Shown: positions 31,601 through 38,629 of the stretch, in pieces
Layout of the letters: every line of letters begins with the position of its first letter
Numbering within the stretch: position 1 is the stretch's first letter
NCBI GenBank assembly: GCA_041746255.1
Contig: JBGTHM010000100.1
Span: 120,912 to 184,911, forward strand
From: Fibrobacteria bacterium
GTDB taxonomy: Bacteria; Fibrobacterota; Fibrobacteria; UBA11236
DNA length: 64,000 nt
Direction of reading: 5' to 3'
Made by a program: the position numbers and the translations under genes
The notes under the pieces: generated by a model
Seen by the model: the letters and a program-made list of their open reading frames with translations, nothing else
Database searches by the model: none
Told to the model about the DNA's origin: nothing

Positions 31601-32253
31601 AAGTGGGCGTGGAAGATGAGTTCCCGCTTCCCAAGCGGGGCACTCGCGCATCCGCCTATGCATTGCGGGGAACCACAGCGTTGCAAACCGATAGAGTGCG
31701 GTTAAAGCGGGATGAATTACTGCGCTGGAGCTTGGTACTGGCTGGCTGGTCAAACGGCGACTCCCTTCCCACCCTGCGCGTAATCAAGTCGGCGTTACCT
31801 CCAGGCTACGAGGCTTGGGCGTTTTCCCGGGTACGTAACCTGAAATTTCCATTGACCCAGGGTAATGAAATCAGTGTACCGGGTGATATTTCCGACACTT
31901 TGGACGTGGTGGCCGGTCCCCGTGAGAAAGTGGCGGGCCTGGGCGACTTCAAAAACTTCTCGCCACTGGAAAATTTCGGGCTGACCGTGCATCCGATGCA
32001 TGGAGACTTTCACGTGCGTCTGGAAATTCCCGGTCAGTCGCGGGTGCGCCTTTCAGTATGGGATATCCGGGGTCGGCGCCTGGGGCTTTTGCAGGCGGGT
32101 AGGCTGGCGGAGGGTCGCTATCGTTTTTCCTTCTCCGCGGATTTCGGCCGAGGTTCTGGTTCTCATCTTGCTTCCGGCCTTTATTTTCTTCTGGCCGAGA
32201 TAAACGGTAGCGAAGAAAATCACCGCCTCGTCAAACGCCTGCCCATCCGGTAG
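25648..32253 (+). CDS. Very large secreted multi-Ig protein (FN3 x3, Ig x2, PKD, bacterial Ig x4, chitobiase-type x7) with C-terminal sorting-like domain
   Basis: Signal peptide, NNPPKADAGPDQ, four N.PP/SP.V Big starts, seven chitobiase-type I.Y(T..G..P) motifs, C-terminal VWDIRGR...ASGLYFL tail. Confidence 0.85.
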   Translation: MCVGLGRILLLRFLLPLVALSQPVIAQVGAPTDVSAAAGNAQVKVSWKTGSPISQTSEFILYYAPGNVTINESTLASITGLEQVTAIPRDADESQEKIVTNLTNGEIYSFAVRANANTNQNFKFSETVTATPNTPPAITSGPAHASVIEPAKATFSVTATGSPTLAYQWYKNNAVISGANSSSYTTPATTLSDGGTQFSVVVSNGIGRDSSTAATLTVSKFNNPPKADAGPDQSITLPSKANLDGSASTDQEGDTLTYAWSKAGGPGTVTFGTAGSAKTTADFSLDGSYSLRLVVSDGAKQDTDLVTVTVKPAPVPPAKPTASPGGGIYTEALNVTLSSPEAGLEIRYSTGQTNPTPTSGQIYSGPISLASSATIRAITIREGIASDALILEYAINISTNTPPTVSLTSPSDGDTSFLAPASITLTASASDLDGSITAVVFRQGATLLATVQAPNAFTYAWKSVGAGTYSLTAEATDDKGAKTISSPITVTVKQPPNAPPVVSISQPHNGATFSTDAAVKVIAKAADDGGIEKVDFYVDNRYTSTQRVAPYTFFPKTSIAGTFSLKARAFDNSGLSVYSEPISIQVIKPNQPPVISWSAPAEGASFISPATIDISVGAIDNDGAISKVRFFQNDKILGDVNAPQSGNIFTYSWSNVSAGSYTLKAVAYDNEGDSAVTAPPRSITVNSPGNKSPTVAIAKPLNNTKFVAPGQITLEASASDPDGTVNTVRYFYGGTNQIGQSSGSPFSVSWPQVSAGTYTLTARATDNGGNSTLSSPLSISVTLPPPAGIEASPGNASATLRWNTVTGATSYNLAYNPGASVGASPIVLPTAGDTSYTVNNLANGQQYAFHVTTEGPGGTSPPSVVVTATPNPHSPPAQPGNLVATAQDGSVHLTWNASGGADHYNVYYAQGNTVDRNTLTKLTGINVTSATIEGLINENLYAFSVAANNTIGESPLSTIKTAMPAGSPPIISAISPATATIRVGEPHKITVTVSEGTSPLNFAWTRNGSVISGATDNVISLPDPQLEDAGNYSVTVSNALGETKASSHLIVNQRKVAIPHATPTGQAYTQPLTVGLHSNTPQTVIRYTLNGSEPDEQSKIYDSAAKIIFDRQSVTLKVKGFRAGYISSNLRVETYSYIESGRVVTPKAEPFDSTFTGSGAITLSTLTSGADIHYTTDGSIPTTASPKYATALQINRTATVKAIAVKSGMQPSPMLEKTYTIIARSEAALKPEADPTGRNFNESIVVRLSTESPGSQILYALNDSVAESGTWPVYSVPLTLKSTTLLRAKTRKSGLLDSDILEEEYVQLPTTPTSLPRGDSVFSGFISVELQATPVGAAIYYTLDGSNPLGSNRQPSSTSERYRHGFPILITSSRSLNAVAFLNGHASKDILTNFYLKDGEPLPSPSANPSATPFSDTLSILLRGPSGSAIHYTLNGSIPNSSSPKYLGIPLVITGSATLQAITVKGGFPNSKIMVERYVFVPADLVANPTGGNYVTGVTVNLSSPTSGAKIFYTTDGRSPLSTSAIPYDFAKGIKLTANATIKAYAALGGEAGKVLTETYTITPAGDTLLFPGETYFLPGNYAVSNPLDSRDPVLAKLLSGESVDINGFSDKRFGLNLTASASDVSFPRLDFRGPPGGKHLLYRHNEDGRVHFISRGDDGVISEAGLHVLAVDDVAPKLVLLEQKFDGSDSTLVRLRFIDNVANLSFDFKRNDDTLASHKGWSILDDDVVEFKVKHADGTLKPLLIQVIANDSRHRGYFPKTPATRFGVSQKLRNVKSPKVVKLASPNAASSWDLVGFPFASASKMSSSWLQSHHNGIRFTAAENETHLGPDESLQSGRGYWMNASKGLENFSFKTLETLPFVTDSLTVTLSPGWNQVSNPYMNTLHWPHSRQFPDAYGVSLIKGLYHWSPTSAAYAHSDSLEPWRGYFVYSNSTRDSIVKLLPRPAEPPLVLRKQTGAEGLDIWLQLQEQAPLWLGASASADNEVGVEDEFPLPKRGTRASAYALRGTTALQTDRVRLKRDELLRWSLVLAGWSNGDSLPTLRVIKSALPPGYEAWAFSRVRNLKFPLTQGNEISVPGDISDTLDVVAGPREKVAGLGDFKNFSPLENFGLTVHPMHGDFHVRLEIPGQSRVRLSVWDIRGRRLGLLQAGRLAEGRYRFSFSADFGRGSGSHLASGLYFLLAEINGSEENHRLVKRLPIR

Positions 32254-32268
32254 TTTGTTCAGAAGTCA

Positions 32269-33273
32269 TCATTCCAACGTATACAGGAAACCGGCAATCG
32301 CCCAAGCGTCCTCCTCGGTGACTCCCACGTTCGGCATGGCCGTTTTCGGGTCCATCGCTTGGGGATTTTGAATCCAACGCGCAAGATTGATGGGGTTGTT
32401 TACCCATCGTCCGGAAATATAATGGCGGACCCTCCAATTATGGAGCGGGGGTCCTGACATCGCTTGGAGCCCGGGTGCGCCCGGTATTCGGTGACAGGAG
32501 GTGCAGCCGTAATATTCCACCAGCCGCCTTCCCCGATCATCATCGCTCCTTTGCTCCAGCAACTCCCATCCTTGGTTTTCCGGAAGCCAGCGTATTTCAG
32601 CCATGGGATACTCTCCGCGAGTGGCGGCAACCATGTTCCGGTATTCCTCAGGAGGTAAGGTATTGAGGCGCTTTACGAATGCGGTAATAGCCCAGAGATC
32701 AAGCGGTCCCTTGCCTAACCCGAAGGCGGGCATACCGGCCATCTTAAGTCCGTAAGCGGTGATCCAGGCGACTTCGGCATGGGACCAATCCTCCACCGCT
32801 TTCTCAAGGGGAGGAGGATTGGGATTGACGCCGACGCCCATCGGCGCACGCGCCTCCCCCGGAGCGCCGTGGCACGAAACACAATGGTCGCGATAGAGCA
32901 CAAATCCCCGTTGAATGAGGTCGGCATCATCGAGTTCCGGCACAATCAGATCTCGGGCATGAAATTCCACGGACCTGCGTTTGACCAGGGTCAGCACTTT
33001 ATTGGTGATTTCCAAATGGGGGCGGTATGCGGCGATATCGTAGATTCCGGAATAGATAAAAGCGAATGCACCCGCCAGACCCATCATGCCCAAACCAACT
33101 ACCGTTGCCAATACGATCCATAGGGCCCGCATCCTCGGTCGCTCTTCGGGTCTGGAGAGTGGCGTGACCACCAGGGCGGTTGGTTGCCCGGGACGGACAA
33201 GGGTGGCCAGAACGGCAAGGCCCTTCATGAAAAAACGCGATACGGTAGCGATGGCTTTTCTAATCAACTTCAT
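32269..33273 (-). CDS. Membrane-anchored di-heme cytochrome c
   Basis: TM helix, SGIYDIAA, CVSCH and CTSCH heme motifs, distal MP methionines. Confidence 0.85.
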   Translation of the reverse strand: MKLIRKAIATVSRFFMKGLAVLATLVRPGQPTALVVTPLSRPEERPRMRALWIVLATVVGLGMMGLAGAFAFIYSGIYDIAAYRPHLEITNKVLTLVKRRSVEFHARDLIVPELDDADLIQRGFVLYRDHCVSCHGAPGEARAPMGVGVNPNPPPLEKAVEDWSHAEVAWITAYGLKMAGMPAFGLGKGPLDLWAITAFVKRLNTLPPEEYRNMVAATRGEYPMAEIRWLPENQGWELLEQRSDDDRGRRLVEYYGCTSCHRIPGAPGLQAMSGPPLHNWRVRHYISGRWVNNPINLARWIQNPQAMDPKTAMPNVGVTEEDAWAIAGFLYTLE

Positions 33274-33282
33274 TGCGTCCCG

Positions 33283-33681
33283 TCATTGACTATAGAGATA
33301 AGCCGCCATGGAGAGAGCCTCCACCTTGGATACGCCCAAATCCGGCATCGCCGTACCCGGTTTAAATTCCTGTGGATTTTGGATCCATTGCGCCAGTATG
33401 TGGGCCTCATTGGGGACTCTTCCCGCGATAAATTTCCTTTGCCCCCATTCGGTAAGCGGCGGGCCGATATTTCCAGGAATGCCGGAGACACCGGCTATCT
33501 CATGGCAGGCGCTGCATGCGTATACGGACACGAGGTCCTTTCCCCTGGAAACATCCGGAAGAAAATCTTCTTCCGTAAGGCGTTCCGGCGCACGCGTGCA
33601 ACCGGCGATCCAAATCGAGAAGCATAGTACCATGGTAACTCGTATCGGAGTTAGAAGGGTTTTCCGGTTTTTCATGTTCAT
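33283..33681 (-). CDS. Mono-heme cytochrome c lipoprotein
   Basis: Lipobox IAG-C, CSACH, GPPL, PGTAMP. Start ATG 33681 overlaps the upstream TGA (or ATG 33675); the ORF-track extension is not used. Confidence 0.85.
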   Translation of the reverse strand: MNMKNRKTLLTPIRVTMVLCFSIWIAGCTRAPERLTEEDFLPDVSRGKDLVSVYACSACHEIAGVSGIPGNIGPPLTEWGQRKFIAGRVPNEAHILAQWIQNPQEFKPGTAMPDLGVSKVEALSMAAYLYSQ

Positions 33682-34031
33682 AGGCAAGGCTCCAACATGA
33701 GATTCGGAAGCATATTGGCAAAAATGCCAAGCAGATAAAACCCACCGAGTATCATGGCCAGGATTGCGAGAAACCGTAAACCGATACGTTGCTGCGGGAA
33801 GTAGCGCATACTTAGCCAACCATATCCGATGCCGGCGGCGGCAATGCCAAAGGCGGCAAGCGCCCCGAGGTGTAAAAGCCAGATCCGGCCATGCGCACAG
33901 GCATAAGCGGCTAAGAAGAAATAGATGTTCAACTGCGCGAACCACGCCAGGAGAGGCGCCAGAAAAGCTATCCATAGGTAGAAGACGGGACGAGGGGGTA
34001 TTTTAGCCCCGTTTACCGGCGCCATATTCAT
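33678..34031 (-). CDS. Small three-TM membrane protein of the oxidase cassette
   Basis: LW.A..AP.LAW..QL...Y.LA.YAC, RFLA, ends EPCL. ATGA-coupled at both ends. Confidence 0.7.
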   Translation of the reverse strand: MNMAPVNGAKIPPRPVFYLWIAFLAPLLAWFAQLNIYFFLAAYACAHGRIWLLHLGALAAFGIAAAGIGYGWLSMRYFPQQRIGLRFLAILAMILGGFYLLGIFANMLPNLMLEPCL

Positions 34032-34645
34032 TGAGTCCACCTCGGTAACCAATACAGCATCAGATAGATGGGAATCCAGGACAGGGCGGTAAATTTCCAG
34101 TGCATGATGTTTAAATCGACGCCTAATCGCCGCTCCGAATTGATATAACCTTTGATTGCCAACCACGCTAAAATTGCGGTCGCGAACAGCGCGGCAACCA
34201 CATGCATGAGATGGTATCCCGTCAGAATCCAAACAAAGGAGGTATAGGCATTGTCTCCGAGGCCAAAAGGTAAAGCTTCGGACTGCAACCACCGGAGCAG
34301 TACAGAAGTCGCTGCCATACCGCTGCAGAGGAACTGTGCCAAGACGAAGATCCGGGTATGCCCCCGCTCCAGATATTTACCACCGTAAATCGTGGTGAAT
34401 GCGCAAATCCCCAATAATAGGACTTCGATTCCGGGGTAAAGGGCTGGAGGGAGTTGCGTTCCAGCAGGTGGCCATCCCATTCGGTCCAGTGCCACGTTGA
34501 CAATCCACAGGTAAAAAAATCCAACGATAAACACGGCAATGATGGTCGCAGCGATGGTAATGAACACAACGCCTCCCCACCAAAATGGGTGAGTCACGCC
34601 CGAATGGATGCGGGGCCATTGGCTGACGTCAATCGGCTCGCTCAC
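34028..34645 (-). CDS. ctaE: Cytochrome c oxidase subunit III (short form)
   Basis: WWG, WPP, NAYTSFVWILTGYHLMHV, WKF motif. GTG 34645 overlaps the ctaD TGA. Confidence 0.8.
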   Translation of the reverse strand: MSEPIDVSQWPRIHSGVTHPFWWGGVVFITIAATIIAVFIVGFFYLWIVNVALDRMGWPPAGTQLPPALYPGIEVLLLGICAFTTIYGGKYLERGHTRIFVLAQFLCSGMAATSVLLRWLQSEALPFGLGDNAYTSFVWILTGYHLMHVVAALFATAILAWLAIKGYINSERRLGVDLNIMHWKFTALSWIPIYLMLYWLPRWTQ

Positions 34646-36537
34646 CTTTCCACCTTTCCGCTCACAGTGGATTTGATCGGCCAGAACCAGCATGCCGCGG
34701 CCATCAAGCCTCCGCAAAACCCGGCGACATACCACCAGGGGCTGAAAATACTCCCGATAAAGGCGATGGATGAAATCACCGCCAGGATAAAAGGCCAAAT
34801 GCTGGGACCGGGAAGTTCGACTACCGCTTGCGGCTCCGCTTCCACTGAGGTGGTAATAATTATTTCCCGCGCGTCTTCGCGCAATCCTCTTACCCCGGGG
34901 GCTGGATGCGGTCCGTCCTTCCAAACGGGATTTAAGCTGGTGATTCGCGGAACTTCCGCGAAGTTGTAATTCGCGGGCGGCGAAGTTGTCATCCATTCCA
35001 AAGTATCCGCATTCCAGGGGTTATCTCCTGAAGGCCGGCCGCGCCGAAGGCTCCATACGATATTGATCAATAATACCAGCACGCCCAATGCCAGCAGGTA
35101 AGTTCCCCAGGTCGAAAGCTGATTCAAGATATCCCATCCCAGGTCGGGGAGATAGGTATAAATGCGACGCGGCATGCCCCGAAAACCCAAGTTGTGCATG
35201 GGGAAAAAGGCGACATTGAATCCGATGAACATCATCCAAAAGTTGAGCTTGCCCAATCGCTCCGACAGCATACGGCCTGTGAACTTGGGCCACCAGTAAT
35301 AGATTCCCCCGAAAATGGGAAACACCACGCCTCCAATCAGAACATAATGGAAATGGGCCACTACGAAATAACTGTCGTGTACTTGCAGGTCGAAGGGAAT
35401 GGAAGCCACCATTACCCCGGTGAGACCGCCGATGAGAAACAGGGAAATGAACCCAAAGCAAAAGAGGAAGGGGGTTTTGAAAACGGGACGGCCTCCCCAT
35501 ATCGTCGCCAACCATGCGAAGAATTGGATACCCGTGGGAAGCGCGACCAAGCCACTGGCCGCGGCAAAGAAGCCGTCCGCCTGGGTGGGAAGCCCGGTGG
35601 CGAACATATGATGCACCCATAACCCGAAACTGATCACTCCCGTCGAAATGATGGCCACGACTACGGCCGTGTAGCCGAACAGAGGGCGTCCGCAGAAAAC
35701 GGGAATGATGGTCGACACGATACCCGTGGCGGGAAGGAAAATGATATAGACCTCCGGATGCCCGAACCACCAGAAAAGATGCTGCCAAAGCAGAACATCC
35801 CCGCCCAAAGCGGGTTGGAAAAATGCGGTTTCCAGCAAGCGATCCATAGCCAGCATGACGCTGGCCACGACTATTCCCGGCATGGCGAAAACGATCATGA
35901 TGGCCGCCACGAGAATCGACCAGACGAAAGGAGAGGTTCTACCCAGAGTCATTCCCGGGGCGCGTTGCTTGAGAATGGTCACGATGAGCTCCACCGCGGC
36001 CGCCAGAGCAGCCACTTCAATAAAGCTGATGACGGTGGCGTACACGGAAATGCGATGGCTGGGAGAAAATTCCTTGAGGGCCAAGGTGGGATAATTGAAC
36101 CAACCTGCATCGGGCGCCGAACCCAAAAAGAGGGAGATCCACAGGGCTATACCTCCGATGAGGAACACGTAATAACTATATGCGCTCAAGCGCGGGAAAC
36201 ACAAATCGCGCGTGCCGATCATCAAGGGAACCAGATAAATGGCGAATCCCTCGACCATGGGAATGGCGAACAGAAACATCATCACCGTACCGTGTACCGT
36301 AAAGACTTGATTGAAGAAATCGGGTCCCATGAAATCGTTCTGCGGCGAAGCGAGTTGCACACGCATCAGGACACCCAGAACTCCCGCACCCAGGAAGAAT
36401 ATGAAAGCGGTGACGAGATACCGTATCCCGATATTTTTATGATTTACAATCGTGAACCATCCCCAGAGTCCGAATGGGTTACCCCAGGTACAGTCCAAGG
36501 TTTCGTGATTTACAGGGTCGTCGGTTTGGGTATTCAT
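34642..36537 (-). CDS. ctaD: Cytochrome c oxidase subunit I (A1-type heme-copper oxidase)
   Basis: NHKNIG, HGTVM, GHPEVY, WVHH, VAHFHY, GMPRR. Confidence 0.96.
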   Translation of the reverse strand: MNTQTDDPVNHETLDCTWGNPFGLWGWFTIVNHKNIGIRYLVTAFIFFLGAGVLGVLMRVQLASPQNDFMGPDFFNQVFTVHGTVMMFLFAIPMVEGFAIYLVPLMIGTRDLCFPRLSAYSYYVFLIGGIALWISLFLGSAPDAGWFNYPTLALKEFSPSHRISVYATVISFIEVAALAAAVELIVTILKQRAPGMTLGRTSPFVWSILVAAIMIVFAMPGIVVASVMLAMDRLLETAFFQPALGGDVLLWQHLFWWFGHPEVYIIFLPATGIVSTIIPVFCGRPLFGYTAVVVAIISTGVISFGLWVHHMFATGLPTQADGFFAAASGLVALPTGIQFFAWLATIWGGRPVFKTPFLFCFGFISLFLIGGLTGVMVASIPFDLQVHDSYFVVAHFHYVLIGGVVFPIFGGIYYWWPKFTGRMLSERLGKLNFWMMFIGFNVAFFPMHNLGFRGMPRRIYTYLPDLGWDILNQLSTWGTYLLALGVLVLLINIVWSLRRGRPSGDNPWNADTLEWMTTSPPANYNFAEVPRITSLNPVWKDGPHPAPGVRGLREDAREIIITTSVEAEPQAVVELPGPSIWPFILAVISSIAFIGSIFSPWWYVAGFCGGLMAAACWFWPIKSTVSGKVER

Positions 36538-37550
36538 TGCAGATTTTCCAGATAACGCAGCAGCGCCTGAAAATCCTCGGAATTAAGGGGAGTCGCGGGC
36601 ATAAGGTTTCCCGGCTTGATGCCTTGCGGATCAGAGATCCATCCGCCCAGATGCCCTCTACGATTGGGAAGCGACGCGGCTGCCAGGGTATGGCGGGGAG
36701 CGAGGTGAGTCAGGTCGGGACCCGCCTCAACGGCTACGGCAACCCCGCGGACGGTATGGCATTTAGCGCATCCGGCTTGCAGGAATACGTTTTTTCCACG
36801 GTGAGTCATTTCATCCTTCGGCTCCCGGGCTGGAAGTTGTTGCGCTTCCATCCACTCGGCAAACTCCTCCGGCAGTTGGGCTATCACCAGGAAAGCCATG
36901 AGGGCATGCTGGATGCCGCAGTATTCGGCGCATTGTCCCCGGTATATTCCCGCTTTGTTGGCCGCGAGCCGAAGGTAATTGGTGCGACCGGGCAGAAGAT
37001 CGACTTTCCCGGCAAGACTAGGTACCCAAAAGCTGTGAATGACATTATCCGAACGAAGACGGAACCGAACTGGAACGCCCGTGGGAATATGTATCTCATT
37101 TGCGGTTCGAAAAAGGGGTTCACCGTTCTCTCCCAGATAGGTGACCTCCCACCACCAAAGCTTTCCCACAACATCGATGGTTAAAGCTACCGGCCCTTGC
37201 TCCGCATAGGCATCGGAAGAACGGAATGTCGCAGTAAGAATTACCGTCAAAAGAACGATGGTGACGCCTATTCCCCACCCCATGGCCACCCCCAACTTTT
37301 TGTCCGGAACAGGAAGTTCTCCTTCGCTGCGTCTGCGGAAGGAAGCAACCAACAGGACTCCGATAACCGCGATGGTTACGAAAAGGCAGATGGCGAAAAG
37401 AATCCACCAGAGGACAATGACGCGAGCGGCATCCGGGCCCGCGGTTTCGAACATGGACTGGGGACCCCCGCAAGCCATTAAAAGCAAAGCGACAATGGGA
37501 ATTCTAAATCCTTTGCACATTGAATTCCAATTTCTCCGAGTCTTTATCAC
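36534..37550 (-). CDS. ctaC: Cytochrome c oxidase subunit II with fused cytochrome c (caa3 type)
   Basis: Lipobox LMA-C, two TM helices, WWWEV.Y, CuA ligands HSFW...CAEYCGIQHALM, C-terminal CAKCH. Start uncertain. Confidence 0.93.
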   Translation of the reverse strand: MIKTRRNWNSMCKGFRIPIVALLLMACGGPQSMFETAGPDAARVIVLWWILFAICLFVTIAVIGVLLVASFRRRSEGELPVPDKKLGVAMGWGIGVTIVLLTVILTATFRSSDAYAEQGPVALTIDVVGKLWWWEVTYLGENGEPLFRTANEIHIPTGVPVRFRLRSDNVIHSFWVPSLAGKVDLLPGRTNYLRLAANKAGIYRGQCAEYCGIQHALMAFLVIAQLPEEFAEWMEAQQLPAREPKDEMTHRGKNVFLQAGCAKCHTVRGVAVAVEAGPDLTHLAPRHTLAAASLPNRRGHLGGWISDPQGIKPGNLMPATPLNSEDFQALLRYLENLQ

Positions 37551-38421
37551 GTAAGCCTATGAGCCAGGAAGCGAAAAGGGCGATGGCTATGGCGGCGTAA
37601 ATCATACAGGCGGGCATCCACATGATGTAGCCGGCCAAATGCTGATCGGTAAGCGGGGAGTATCCCAGCGCCGGGGTGGTATCCTCATAGTAGGGATACC
37701 AGACCACGGGAGAGAAAGCCATCAGAACTCCCAAGGCGGTGGAGTGGATCATGGCAAGAAACAGGTAGAGGACTCCCAGCCCCTGGTTGAGACGTCGCCG
37801 CGCCATGGGATGAAGGAGCGCCTGCCAAAACAGGCAAGCGGTCAGGAAAAAGGTGAGGTGCTGAATGTCGTGGAGAAATTGCGAACGCAACGCTCCTTCG
37901 TAGAGAATAGGAATATGCCAAACCCAAAGTGTGAAGGCGAAGAGCAACCAGATGAGAATAGGCTGGCTAAAAGAAAAATACGGTAGCCGAAATCTTTGCA
38001 CCCATTGCTGTGGCCGCCACAGTCGCCGTCTCCATACCCCAGGTAAGGCCCAAAGCATAAAGCTTCCCGGCGTTCCCAGAATAAACAGCGGCGCCGCCAC
38101 CATCATCAAGGTGGTATGTTGAATCATATGTACCCATCCCAGCTTTCCCGCGTAGGTATCGAGTGGAGAAACCAGCGCCACGAGCAAGGCGATGATGGCG
38201 CCGCCGAAACACCAGAGACGAAGGCGGGGCAACGCGAAAGATCGGGACCGTTCCTTACGGCGGTAGCAGCCGAGTAAAAAAAGCAGCGTTAAAGTAAGGA
38301 GATTCAATAGAATCAAGGTCTGAGAGGGCCACCACCCTGAGCCACCTGTTGTGGATTCCGGCGCATGCGCCCATGCTCCCATGGGACAGAAAAAAAGGAA
38401 CCTGTAGCCAAACCCCCTCAT
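37504..38421 (-). CDS. ctaG: caa3-type CtaG cytochrome oxidase assembly factor
   Basis: SPLD, HMIQH, MVAAPL, WVWHIP..Y, HDIQH, DQHLAGYIMW. ATG 38421 has an AAGGA RBS. Confidence 0.88.
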   Translation of the reverse strand: MRGFGYRFLFFCPMGAWAHAPESTTGGSGWWPSQTLILLNLLTLTLLFLLGCYRRKERSRSFALPRLRLWCFGGAIIALLVALVSPLDTYAGKLGWVHMIQHTTLMMVAAPLFILGTPGSFMLWALPGVWRRRLWRPQQWVQRFRLPYFSFSQPILIWLLFAFTLWVWHIPILYEGALRSQFLHDIQHLTFFLTACLFWQALLHPMARRRLNQGLGVLYLFLAMIHSTALGVLMAFSPVVWYPYYEDTTPALGYSPLTDQHLAGYIMWMPACMIYAAIAIALFASWLIGLRDKDSEKLEFNVQRI

Positions 38422-38629
38422 GGATTTCCTTATGGAAGAATAACGAGATCCCGACATTCCGGTACCACCCACAGTTCATGCAGCGTGTATGGTTTTTTAA
38501 AATGAAATGTTTCCAGCCCGGACGCAACAAAGAAACGCCCATTTCGACTGGATTACGGGAAAAATGTCCATCCCCTTGCTTCTCAGCAAAAGGGATGGAT
38601 GGAGATTATCGAGAAGGTAATGTCGCGAA

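Noticed and set aside
33682..34996. Long ORF-track versions of the cytochrome c, 3-TM and subunit III genes
   Set aside because: The extensions overlap neighbouring genes. Internal ATGA/GTGA-coupled starts explain the operon better.
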